A stretch of 58,281 nucleotides of DNA from Anaeramoeba ignava BMAN (taxonomy: Eukaryota > Protista > Anaeramoebae), in NCBI GenBank assembly GCA_028826165.1, contig JAPDFW010000037.1, forward strand, positions 1-58,281. Reading direction: 5' to 3'. The notes beneath the pieces are model-generated. The model was not told the origin of the DNA and made no database searches. It was given only the letters and a program-made list of their open reading frames with translations. This document shows, in pieces, positions 12,301 to 24,063 of the stretch (its first letter is position 1; every line of letters starts with the position of its first letter). The translations under genes and the position numbers were made by a program.

Positions 12301-13655
12301 TCTATGAATATAATCGTGATTTAAAAAATATCGTTGTTTCCTATATGAATTTGAAGAAACTGTTTGAAGATTTACTCGAGGAGAAAATTGTATCCAAACC
12401 TCGGATTTTAGGATCATATTATCGAGTTGGGTTTTATGGCAAAAAATTTGGGAATTATCATAATGTGGAGTTTATTTATAAAGAAAAAATGGCAACCCAT
12501 CTTTTGGATATCACTGAAAGACTGAAAAAACAATTTGAGTCTATTCATGGCGAAAACCGAATCAATATAATCACGACTTCAAACACTGTCAACACGGATG
12601 AACTCGATATTGAGAATGAACTATATTTGCAAATCACTGCTGTTGAGCCTTATTTTTCTGATGAAGAAAACCGAACAAGAATCACAAAGTATGAAAAAAT
12701 GTATGACATCAAGAACTTCTTTTTCGAGACTCCGTATACAACAACAGGAAAAGTTCGTGGCGATGTTGGTGAGCAATGCATGAGAAGAACAATTCTCACT
12801 GTTCAAAAGGCCTTTCCTTATATAATCAACAGACTTCCTGTGATGAAAAAAATCACAGAAGATTTATCTCCAATTCAAGTTTCAATTGAAAATTTAACTG
12901 CAAAAAACAAACAAATCCAAGACCAACTTTCTCATTTAAATTTGGAATTATCTCAATTACAATCGCTTCTTCACGGTATTTGTTTAACTTCTGTTAATGT
13001 TGGTGTTCTTGAGATTTGCAAAGTTTTTTTATCTTCTTCAGAAAGACAGAAATATCCTCAAAAAGATTGTATTGAAATTGAAAATCAATTAAAACTTTTA
13101 CTTCAATTATTATATAAAGGAATTATTCGTAATGAATCTATGATCAAAAAAGATCAAATTGCTCTTCATGAAGCAATTTTAAAAGGATATCAAAACTTAG
13201 TTGTAAATATTTCTCCTTTTTTAAGGCATCATAAAAAGAAAAAGCATTTGCATAGAAAAGAAAAGCAGAATGAAAATTTAAATGAAAATTTAAATGAAAA
13301 TGAAAATGAAAATTTGAATGAATTAGAAAATGAAAATGAAATAGAAAATGAATTAGAAAATGAAAATGAAAATGAAAATGAAAATGAAAATGAAAATGAA
13401 TTAGAAAATGAATTAGAAAATGAATTAGAAAATGAAAATGAAAATGAAAATGAAAATGAAAATGAAAATGAAAATGAAAATCAAAATCAAAATCAAAATC
13501 AAAATCAAATTCAAATTCAAAATCAAATTCAAATTCAAAATCAAAATATGAATGATGAAGATGATCTTAATTTAACTTTAAATTTAATTGAAAATCCAAA
13601 TTTAAATTTAAGTTTATCTGATTCTGATTCTGATACAGATACTGATTTGGATTGA
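6373..13655 (+). CDS. DOCK-family (zizimin/DOCK-C/D-like) Rho GEF; introns about 6535-6735 and 7797-7913
   Basis: N-terminal FPKDDI...PFVRECI...SDW, EPFFCTLALYD, C2 DHR1 (NNMYLYPQ...YDEIKIMLP...HILFSF) and DHR2 (YYRVGFYG...FIYKE...QITAVEPYF...FFFETPYT...SVNVG). NE/NQ tail. Confidence 0.93.
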
Positions 13656-13887
13656 AAAAGAAATTTATTTTGAACTTTTTCAAATTGAAATTTTTTTTTT
13701 TTTGAAAAGAATTTTCTTTTCTTTTTCTTTAATTTTTTAAATGAATTTTGAAAAAGAATTATTTTAAAAATTTGTTGTTTTTGTTTTTGTTTTGTTTTAT
13801 TTTTTTGAATTCTTTTCTTTGATTTTATTTGTTAAAAGAAATTAAAAGAAATTAAAAGGAATTAAAAGAAGAAGAATTAAAAGAAAA

Positions 13888-16800
13888 TCATCTGTTATAA
13901 ACTTCTTCAACCCAAGCAACATAATCAAAACCAGAATCTTTTTGAGGCATATTATTAACCAAATATTCAATAGTTTTTGTTTGCATTCCAGCAGCTTGCA
14001 TATCATTCTGAGTAACATAATCTTTACCAGCAGCGATGACTCTCCAACTCTCAAGGGATTGTTCACGAGTATCCGCATCTTCATGTCTCTCTGTCATGAA
14101 CTGGACGAATTCATCAAACTCAATAGTACCGTTTCCATCTGCATCATATTTATCAAAAACAGCCTTGAGTTCTTGCTCGGATAGATCATCTCCAAGCGAG
14201 TTCAACACGGCAGAGAACTCATAGTTGTATAAACTGCCTTTCTTATCACGATCGAAAAGATCGAACATTTTCTTGAAATCATTGAGTTGAGTCGGTGACA
14301 CTTTGCTTCCTTCTTTGACAAGCATTTCTTGCTCAATGAAAGCCGCTTTTTTTTGGATCGCATCGACGACTTGTTCGAAAAGTACTGTGAGATCGCTGAC
14401 AGTCAAAGTTGTGAATTTGTTTGTGTGGATGTTGCGCGAGTCGATGTCTGCTTGGAGTTGCTTGAGTTCGTCAAGTCGTGGTTGTTGATCCATCAATTCT
14501 CGTGACAGTTTGCGCGTGAGTGGGAGTTCTTCTTTGAGATTCCCTGAAACTTCGGCAAGGGCAAGATGCTTTTTTTCCTCGAGATAGTCGCTGAGAGCTT
14601 GTGCCTTTGTTGCGAAGTTTCTGCAGAGTTTTTCGTTTTCAATTTGGATTTCAAGTTCCTTTTGAAACTCTTGTTTTTTCTTTTCGAGCAAAGAAAGCAA
14701 AGAGTTCCATCTTGAGCGCATTGTATCGATTGTGTATCCGAGGAAATCGGTGATTCCAAAGTCGCTGAGTTGCTGAGCAATACTTGCGAGATCATCGAGT
14801 TCTGATTGTTGGTTCTCGATTTCGGATTCGTATTTTTGTGTGTCTTTAAGAACAGTGCGCACCTCTTCAGGATCTTCTGCGAAAAGAGGCTCTGTCAAGA
14901 AGTCCTCCACATAATCGATCCATGCGCGGAGCTTCTTGCATCGGGAAGCATAGTCGAACCGCAGATCCTCCATGCGTTGGTGGAGTTCCAATTGTTCTTG
15001 AAGTTGCTGTTTTTTTGCCTGTTCAAGTTCTTCCATATTTCCCCATCGCGATTTCAACTCGTTCATTTTGTTGGCGACTCTGTCCTTCTCAATGTAATCC
15101 AAATCAATGATTTTTTGTCCGATGTCGAGACATTCTTGCAAACGATCCTGACTTGTTTCGTATTCGTTATGATAAAGATCAAGCATTTTGAGTTTCAGTT
15201 GCGCAATTGAGACGTTATCAATCTGCTCTTCTTGCTGAAGATACTCTTCCTTTTCACCCGCCCATTGCTCAAGACTCGCCACTTTTTTGTCGAATAAAGC
15301 AAGCAATTTTCTTAGCATTTTTTGCCTGGCAAACTCTTTATTCATCGCGTCAATTCGGGCCAATTCTGCCTGCGTAAGATCATCCCATAATTTATTCAGT
15401 TCTTCAACAGACAATCCTTCAGGTGGCAGATAATCAGGTCGGTTGTTTGATGCCAGTTTGATCTTGATGTTGTTCATCAGCGACTCAAGCTCCACTTTCT
15501 CCGCTGTTCGTGGCGGTTTCTCTTCTGTTTTATACGTCTTGAAATCTTCTTTGGCTTTTTCAATTCCTTCGTAAGTGTTATCGAAGGTGTTGTCAGAAAG
15601 ATCCTCGATTTTCTTCTCAATCCATTCTTTCAAATCACTTGCTTTTGCGATATAATTTTCCTTCAAAGCGTCGTTTTGTTGGGTTAAATCAACAAGTTTT
15701 CCTATTCTTCTTCCGGCAACTTCTGCCTTTTGACCTTTTGAAAACACTTTGAAATATTCCGAAAGATACACCATTACTGATCGCTCATCTGGCTTGATAT
15801 CAATCATATCCTCTGCGTCAAGAAGCTGTGCGATTCCAAGTTCTTTTTCTGCGATCTGGAACGCTTGGTTCAAGTTGTCTCCTTTGTTTTCTTTCTTTAG
15901 TGAGTCGTAATCAAGAAGATCTGGTCGATGTCTGTGGATTAATGCGTTGAATCCAAGTCCGTCTTGCCAACTCCAGGTGAAGTTTTTGATGTCTACGTCT
16001 CGGTATCCTTCTGTTTTTCTTTGGCACCAAAGAAGAAGTGCTTCTTTAGCTGTCAGTTGTTCTACACTGATATCTGCGATTTGGAATCTAAGAATGATTG
16101 TCCAGATTGTTCCAAGTGTGAGTTTAACATTTCCATCAACGATATCTTTTTTTTTCAATAAATATTAAAAAATATATTAAATATAAAATATAAAATATAA
16201 AATAAATAAAAATAAATATATAAAAAAAAAAATAAAAATATAAAATATAATATAAAAATAAAATATAAAACATTAAAAATATAAAAATATAAATAAATAA
16301 ATAAAATATTAAATAAAAATATAAATATTAAATAAAAAATATAAAATATTAAATAAAATATAAAATATAAATATAAAATAAATTATTAAATATAAAAAAT
16401 ATTAAATATAAATAAATATTAAATATTAAATATAAAAAATATATAAAATATTAAATAAATATAAAAATAAAATTAAATATTAAAAATATAAAAATAAATA
16501 TAAAATATTAAAAAAATATATTAAATATTAAAAAATAAAAAATAAAATAATAAATAAAAATATAAAAATATAAAAATAAAATATATAAAATATTAAAAAT
16601 TAAATATAAAATATTAAAATATATTAAAATAAAATATAAAAATCAAATATAAAAATAAATAAATATTAAAATAAAAAATAAATATTAAATATAAAAATAT
16701 AAAATAAAATATTAAATATAAAATATAAAATAATAAATATAAAATATAAAATAAAAATATAAAAAATATAATATAAAAAATAAAATAAAAAATATCAAAA

Positions 16801-17379
16801 TATAAAATAATAAATAAAAATAAATATTAAAATAATAAAAATATAAAAAAATAAATATAAAAATATTAAAATATTAAATATTAAAAATATAAAAATATAT
16901 AAAAAATATAAAAATATTAAATATTAAAAATAAAATTAAATATTAAATAAATAATAAATATTAAATATTAAATAAATAAATATAAAATATTAAATAAATT
17001 TGCATTATTTTTTACCTTCAGGTCCAATAGATGCTAATTTAACTCCTCTCGATTCAATAAAATCAAGTGCTACTTTTACATTTTGAATTTTTTGAATTTT
17101 GATTTTTGGATTTTTGTTGTATTTGGTAAGTTTCTCATCTCCAATAATTTCCAAAAGTGAAATCAACATTAATCCATCTTGAAAATCAGTTTCTAAACTT
17201 TCAATTTTTTGTCCTCTTTTGCCTAAATGTGTATTAATCCATTTTGTGAATGTCTAAATTAAACCAAAATTAAATTTATTTAAATTAATTAATTAATTTT
17301 TTATTTTATTTTTTTGTTTTTGTTTTTTTGTCACCTTTTTTTGAACTCTTTCCCATTCTTTATCTTTTAATTGAGACAT
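13888..17379 (-). CDS. ACTN: Alpha-actinin (CH-CH, spectrin repeats, EF-hands); 3 exons, including an 870-nt AT-only intron 16146-17015
   Basis: Spliced N-terminus MSQLKDKEWERVQKK|TFTKWINTHL...DFQDGLMLISLLEII...ASIGPE|DIVDGNVKLTLGTIWTIILRF...ALLLWCQRKT. EF-hands DRDKKGSL and DADGNGTIEFDEF. Confidence 0.95.
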
Positions 17380-17631
17380 TTTGTTTTGTTCTAATATTTT
17401 TATTAATTAATTTAATTTAAAAAAAAAAATTTTTATTTTTTAATTTTGTTGACAAAAAAAATAAATAATAAACTTACTTTATTTTAATTTTAATTTTTAA
17501 TTTGAAAGAAAAAAAATGAAAAAAAAAATGAAAAAAAAAATTTTCTTTAAATTATTTTTTTTGCCTTCCTTTATTAAATTTTTATTTTAATTTAATTTAA
17601 TTATTTTTTAATTTAATTTTTAATTTAAATT

Positions 17632-19219
17632 ATGCAAAGAAGAAAACATAAAATTGATTCTGATCAATCTAAATTAGAAAAAGAAAAAAAAAGAAATAAA
17701 TTAAAAAAAGAAAAAAAAAGTAAAAAAAAAATTCAAAATTAAAAATAAAATTAAATTCAATTAAATTAATCATCAATTCTAAAAAATTTTTAAAGAAGAA
17801 AATGTTGTTGAAAGAATTAAAGCAAAATTACAAAAGAAATCAAATCCAGAAAAAAAAGCAGCTTTACAAAAATATTTTAAAACAGGAAAAGGAGAATATG
17901 CAGAAGGTGATCAATTTATAGGCATACAAACTCCTGTGTTACGTAAAATTGCAAAAAAATTCCAAGAAATTTCCCTTAAAGATATCAAGCAATTACTTTA
18001 TAGTAAAATTCATGAACATCGTTCTTTAAGTTTAATGATTTTATCAAACCAATTTAAAAAATCAAAAGAATATGAAATTAAAAAAAATATTTTTGATTTT
18101 TATCTTGAAAATACTGAACAAATTAATAATTGGGATCTTGTTGATTGTTCTGCTTTTATTGTTGGTGAATTTTATTTATTACAAAAAGAGAAAGACAAGA
18201 AAGAAAAAAAATTCAAATCCAAAAAATCCAAAAGTAAAAAAAAGCAAAAAAAGTGGATCAAATTAAAAATGAAAATGAAAATGGAAATCAAAATCAAAAT
18301 CAAAATCAAAATCAAATTAAAAATGAAAATGAAAATGAAAATGAAAATCAAAATCAAAATGAAAATCAAAATCAAAATGAAAATGAAAATCAAAATCAAA
18401 ATGAAAATCAAAATCAAAATGAAAATCAAAATGAAAATCAAAATCAAAATCAAAATCAAAATCAAAATCAAAATCAAAATCAAAATGAAAATCAAAATCA
18501 AAATGAAAATGAAAATCAAAATGAAAATGAAAATCAAAATGAAAATCAAAATCAAAATCAAAATCAAAAATGAAAATGAAAATCAAAATCAAAATCAAAA
18601 TCAAAATGAAAATCAAAATGAAAATCAAAATGAAAATCAAAATAAAAATCAAAATCAAAATGAAAATCAAAATCAAAATGAAAATCAAAATCAAAATCAA
18701 AATGAAAATCAAAATCAAAATGAAAATCAAAATCAAAATCAAAATCAAAATCAAAATCAAAATGAAAATGAAAATCAAAAAGTGGATCAAAATCAAAATG
18801 AAAATGAAAATGAAAATGAAAATCAAAATGAAAATGAAAATGAAAATATAAATGAAAATCAAAAAGTGGATCAAAATTCTATCAAAAATAAAATCATTTC
18901 TTTAGCTCATTCAGATCTTATTTGGAATAGAAGAATTTCTATGATTTCTACTTTTGTTTTGATTAGAAAAAACATTTTCCATTTTCCTCTTAAAATTGCA
19001 AAAATTTTATTAAATGATAAACATGATTTAATTCATAAAGCTGTTGGTTGGATGCTTCGTGAAATTGGAAAAAAAGATTTAAAAACTGAAGAAAAATTCT
19101 TAAAGAAACATCATCGTTATCAAAAAATTCCAAGAACTATGTTAAGATATGCTATTGAAAAATTTCCTAAAAAAAAAAGGGAATTTTATATGAAAAAAAA
19201 AATAAATCCAAAAAAGTAA
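17632..19219 (+). CDS. AlkD-like DNA alkylation repair (HEAT-like glycosylase) protein of bacterial type, with one intron (17720-17795) and a large NQ/NE insertion
   Basis: YFKTGKGEYAEGDQFIGIQTP, HEHR, INNWDLVDCSA, WNRRISMIST and HDLIHKAVGWMLREIGKKD...PRTMLRYAIEKF are characteristic of the AlkD/DNA_alkylation family. Confidence 0.88.
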
Positions 19220-19388
19220 TTAAGACAATAAGAAAAATGACGTACAAATTGGGTTTAGATTATTAATCTCTTCGTATTTAATCTTTTTTTTTTTCTTCTT
19301 TTTAAAAAAAATTTTTTTCATTTTTTCATTTTTCATTTTTCATTTTTCCAATAAAATTTACAATTTAAAATATAAATAAAAATAAACA

Positions 19389-22300
19389 ATGGTTTGCTTC
19401 TTCTGTCTTTTTATAATTAAATTTATAATTAAATATATAATTAAATTTATAATTAAATATATAATTAAATTTATAATTAAATTTATAATTATATTTATAA
19501 TTAAATTTATAATTAAATTTATAATTAAATTTATAATTAAATTTATAATTAAATATATAATTAAATATATAATTATATTTATAATTAAATTTATAATTAA
19601 ATATATAATTAAATTTATAATTAAATTTATAATTAAATCAATAATTAAATATATAATTAAATTTACAATTAAATTTATAATTAAATTTATAATTAAATTT
19701 ATAATTAAATTTATAATTAAATTTATAATTAAATTTATTTGAATAGGAAAAGAATTTTGATAGAGCTGTTCTTGAAGATTTATTAAAAAGAAGATTCTTT
19801 TATATTCCTTCTTTTGAAATTTATCAAGGCGTTTCAGGTTTTTATGATTTTGGTCCTCCAGGTTGTTCTGTTAAACAAAATGTTATTTCAACATGGAGAC
19901 AACATTTTATTATTGAAGAAAGTATGTTAGAAGTTGATTGTGCAATTTTAACTCCTGAAATAGTTTTAAAGTAAATAAAATTATAAATTAAAATTAAAAT
20001 TAAAATCAAAATCAAAATCAAAATCAAAATTAAAATCAAAATTAAAATCAAATTCAAAATCAAAATTATAAATCAAAATCAAAATTAAAATCAAAATTAT
20101 AATTAAAATCAAAATCAAAATCAAAATTAAAATTATAAATTAAAATCAAAATTAAAATCAAAATCAAAATCAAAATCAAAATCAAAATTAAAATCAAAAT
20201 TATAATTAAAATTAAAATCAAAATTAAAATCAAAATCAAAAATCAAAATCAAAATCAAAATCAAAATCAAAATCAAAATCAAAATCAAAATCAAAATCAA
20301 AATCAAAATCAAAATTATAAATTAAAATCAAAATTAAATTCAAAATTAAAATTAAATTTGAAAATAATAGAGCTTCAGGTCATACAGAAAGATTTTCTGA
20401 TTTAATGATTTATGATACAGTTACAAAAGAAGTTTTTAGAGCTGATCAATTACTTACTGAAATTTTAAAAACTAGATTAAAAGATGAAAAATTAGATGAA
20501 CAATTAAGAAAAGAATATGAAGAAATCATTGCTCAAGCAGGTTATTATTATAATTATAATTATTATTCAATTATATCTTTGTTTATTAATTTAATTTTAA
20601 ATAGATTGTTATAAAGAAAAAGAAATGCATGAACTTTTTCAAAAACATAAAATTCTTTCACCTAACAATAATCCATTATCAGAACCTGTTCCATTTAACT
20701 TAATGTTTTCAACATTTATTGGCCCAACAGGGACAACAAAAGCGTAAACAAAAATCAATTTATAATTTATAATTTACAATTTATAATTAATTTAAAATCA
20801 ATTTAAAATTTAAAATCAATTTATAATTTATAATTAATTTAAAATCAATTTACAATTTAAAATCAATTTAAAATCAATTTACAATTTAAAATCAATTTAA
20901 AATCAATTTAAAATCAATTTAAAATCAATTTAAAATCAATTTAAAATCAATTTAAAATCAATTTAAAATCAATTTAAAATCAATTTAAAATCAATTTAAA
21001 ATCAATTTATAATCAATTTACAATTTAAAATCAATTTAAAATCAATTTAAAATTAATTTATAATCAATTTAAAATCAATTTACAATTTATAATCTATAAT
21101 TAATTATAATTTATTTAAAATCAATTTAAAATCAATTTATAATTTATAATTAATTTATAATTTATAATTTATAATTTAAAATTAATTTATAATTTATTTA
21201 AAAATCAATTTAAAATTAATTTATAATCAATTTATAATTTAAAATCAATTTATAATTTATAATTTTAAAATCAATTTATAATTTAAAATCAATTTAAAAT
21301 CAATTTATAATTTATAATTAATTTATAATTTAAAATCAATTTATATAATTTATAATCAATTTATAATTTAAAATCAATTTATAATTTAAAAATCAATTTA
21401 TAATTTAAAATCAATTTATAATTTAAAATTTACAATTTATAATTTATAATTAATTTACAATTTATAATTTATAATTAATTTATAATTTATAATTAATTTA
21501 TAATTAATTTATAATTTAAAATCAATTTATAATTTATAATTAATTTATAATTTAAAATCAATTTATAATTTATAATTTAAAATCAATTTATAATTTAAAA
21601 TCAATTTATAATTTATAATTTATAATTTATAATTTAAAATCAATTTATAATTTATAATTAATTTATAATTTATAATTTAAAATCAATTTATAATTTATAA
21701 TTTATAATTTATAAATTAATAACAGATTTCTTCGCCCAGAAACAGCACAAGGCATATTTGTTAACTTTCGAAGACTTTTAGGTTACGCAGGCGGCAAAGT
21801 ACCATTTGCAGTTGCACAAATTGGTAATGCATTCCGGAACGAAATATCACCAAGATCAGGGTTATTAAGAGTAAGAGAATTCACACTAGCAGAGATTGAG
21901 CATTTTGTTTCACCTGATAGAAAACAACATGAAAAATTCAAAAGAGTAGCTGAAATGGAACTGACATTATTCCCACAAAAACAGCAACTTTCAGACGGTA
22001 AAACAATTGGTATGAAAGTGAAGGATGCGGTTGATCAAGGAATCATCAACAATCAAACACTTGCATATTACATGGCAAGAACACATTTGTTTCTGATCAA
22101 ATTGGGGATCAAACCCGAGGGTCTGCGTTTCCGCCAACATCTTAAACACGAAATGGCTCATTATGCAAGTGATTGTTGGGATGCAGAAATTCTCACTTCA
22201 TACGGTTGGGTCGAATGTGTCGGCCATGCTGACCGTTCTTGCTATGATTTGAAAGCTCATACAAAGGTTTCCAAAACTGAACTCAGTGTTTTTGAGCAAT

Positions 22301-23040
22301 TTGATGAACCAAGAATGGAAAAGGCTTACCAGGCAAAACCAGTAATGCAGAAGATCGGTCGTGAGTTCCAAAAAAAAGCAAGACTTATTAGCAACCATTT
22401 AAAACAAATGAACTCTGAGGATGCTGAAAATTTGAAAAAAAATATCGAAAATGATGGAAAAGCAAAAATTGAGATCGAATCAGAAGAATTTGAACTGGCA
22501 AAAGATCATGTTGAATTTTCACTTGAAGATGTCAAGATCAACGGTCGAAATTTTGTACCCGGTGTTATTGAACCATCATTTGGGATTGGGCGAATTATTT
22601 ATGCCGTTTTTGAGCATTCTTTTAGTGTTCGAGAGGATGATAAAAGAAGAGGGTTTTTCCGATTCACTCCTGCAGTAGCTCCAGTTAAATGCTCTATTTT
22701 GCCACTTAGCTCAAACACTGATTTTGATCCTTTGATCCAAAAAATCCAATCCAAATTAACTCTTCTTGGCATCTCAACAAAACTCGATACAACAAGCACA
22801 ACCATTGGGAAACGATATGCAAGAACTGATGAAATTGGTATTCCTCTTGCAATCACAGTTGATTTTGATAGTTTGAATGATGAATCTGTTACTTTGAGAG
22901 ACCGTGATTCTACAAAGCAAGTTCGTGGTAATTATAGTGATATTATCGATTCTGTTTTCCAAATCATTCAAGGTTCTTTAACTTGGGAAGAAGTTACAAA
23001 AAAATTCCCTGCTTTTAATCGTCCTTCTGATAAAGACTAA
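19389..23040 (+). CDS. GARS1: Glycyl-tRNA synthetase, eukaryotic alpha2 type; exons 19389-19391, 19747-19970, 20371-20540, about 20606-20743, 21726-23040
   Basis: Spliced reading M|[19 protein letters not shown]...YDFGPPG...VLK|ASGH...FNLMF...|[11 protein letters not shown]...[17 protein letters not shown]...[11 protein letters not shown], plus the anticodon-binding domain. Confidence 0.96.
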
Positions 23041-23262
23041 ATTTACCTTCTTCTTCTTCTTCCTATTCTTCTTTTTCTTTTTTAAGAAGTTAAATCAAAT
23101 TCTTCTTTAAAATTTTTCATTTCAATTTCAGAAATAATTATAATTCAAGAATTATGATTAAATCAATCAGAATAAAAATTTCTTTTCTTCCAAAAACTTT
23201 CTTTTTCTTTTTATTCTTTCATTTTTTTTAAAAGAAAATCAAATTACAAAATTAATTTAAAT

Positions 23263-23823
23263 TTAATTATCAGATTCATCTAAATTGCATTTTATTTCTA
23301 AATTCTTAAACATCCATTCCATTCCTTCATAAAATCCTTCTCCAGTAATTGCACAACTTTCTTGAATTTTCCATTTTCTATATCTAATCAAATCAAGATC
23401 TAATTTATCAATTAATTCATTTTCATTTAATGAATTTGGAAGATCTCTTTTATTTGAAAAAATTAAAAGAGGTAATCCTTTCAATAAATCTTCTTTTAAA
23501 ATTGTGTGTAATTCTTCTTTTAATTCATCCATTCTTTCAATATCATTACTATCAACAACAATTATAATTCCATTCATCATTTGATAATAATGTCTATATA
23601 AAGGTCCAAGTCTTAAACCAGTATTCAAATCCCATGAATATATCATTAAATTTTTATATTCTATTGTTTCTAAATAGATTCCTATTGTAGGTATTGTTGT
23701 TTGAACATCTAATTTGGTTTTATAAAGCATTGTTGTTTTTCCACCTGCATCAAGTCCAACAATCATAAGTTTAATTTCTTCTTTTAAATATTTTGTAATT
23801 TGTTTTTTAAGGATATTTCCCAT
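23263..23823 (-). CDS. ADP-ribosylation factor (Arf/Arl) family small GTPase, divergent
   Basis: MGN myristoylation start at 23823, GLDAGGKTT P-loop, PTIG, NKRD and SCA motifs. G3 reads WDLNTG. Confidence 0.9.
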   Translation of the reverse strand: MGNILKKQITKYLKEEIKLMIVGLDAGGKTTMLYKTKLDVQTTIPTIGIYLETIEYKNLMIYSWDLNTGLRLGPLYRHYYQMMNGIIIVVDSNDIERMDELKEELHTILKEDLLKGLPLLIFSNKRDLPNSLNENELIDKLDLDLIRYRKWKIQESCAITGEGFYEGMEWMFKNLEIKCNLDESDN

Positions 23824-24063
23824 TTTAAATTCAATAAAATAAATCAAATCGAATCAAATCAAATCAAATCAAATCAAATCAAATAAAATCAATTTTTTCT
23901 TTTGGATTATTTTATAAAAAAGAATATTTTGGAAATTTTTGAAAAGAAAAAAAATGATTTTTTCATTTTTTCATTTTTTCATTTTTTCATTTTTTCATTT
24001 TTTCATTTTTTCATTTTTTCATTTTTTCATTTTTTCATTTTTTTATTCTTTTATTTATTTATT

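Noticed and set aside
13942-16168. Several + strand ORFs antisense to alpha-actinin (likewise within DOCK, GlyRS and the zinc transporter)
   Set aside because: Short shadow ORFs expected from the higher-GC codon usage of the real gene; no recognisable motifs.
19389-19742. 117-aa IIKF-repeat ORF
   Set aside because: It is read-through into GlyRS intron 1, a 12-mer tandem repeat.
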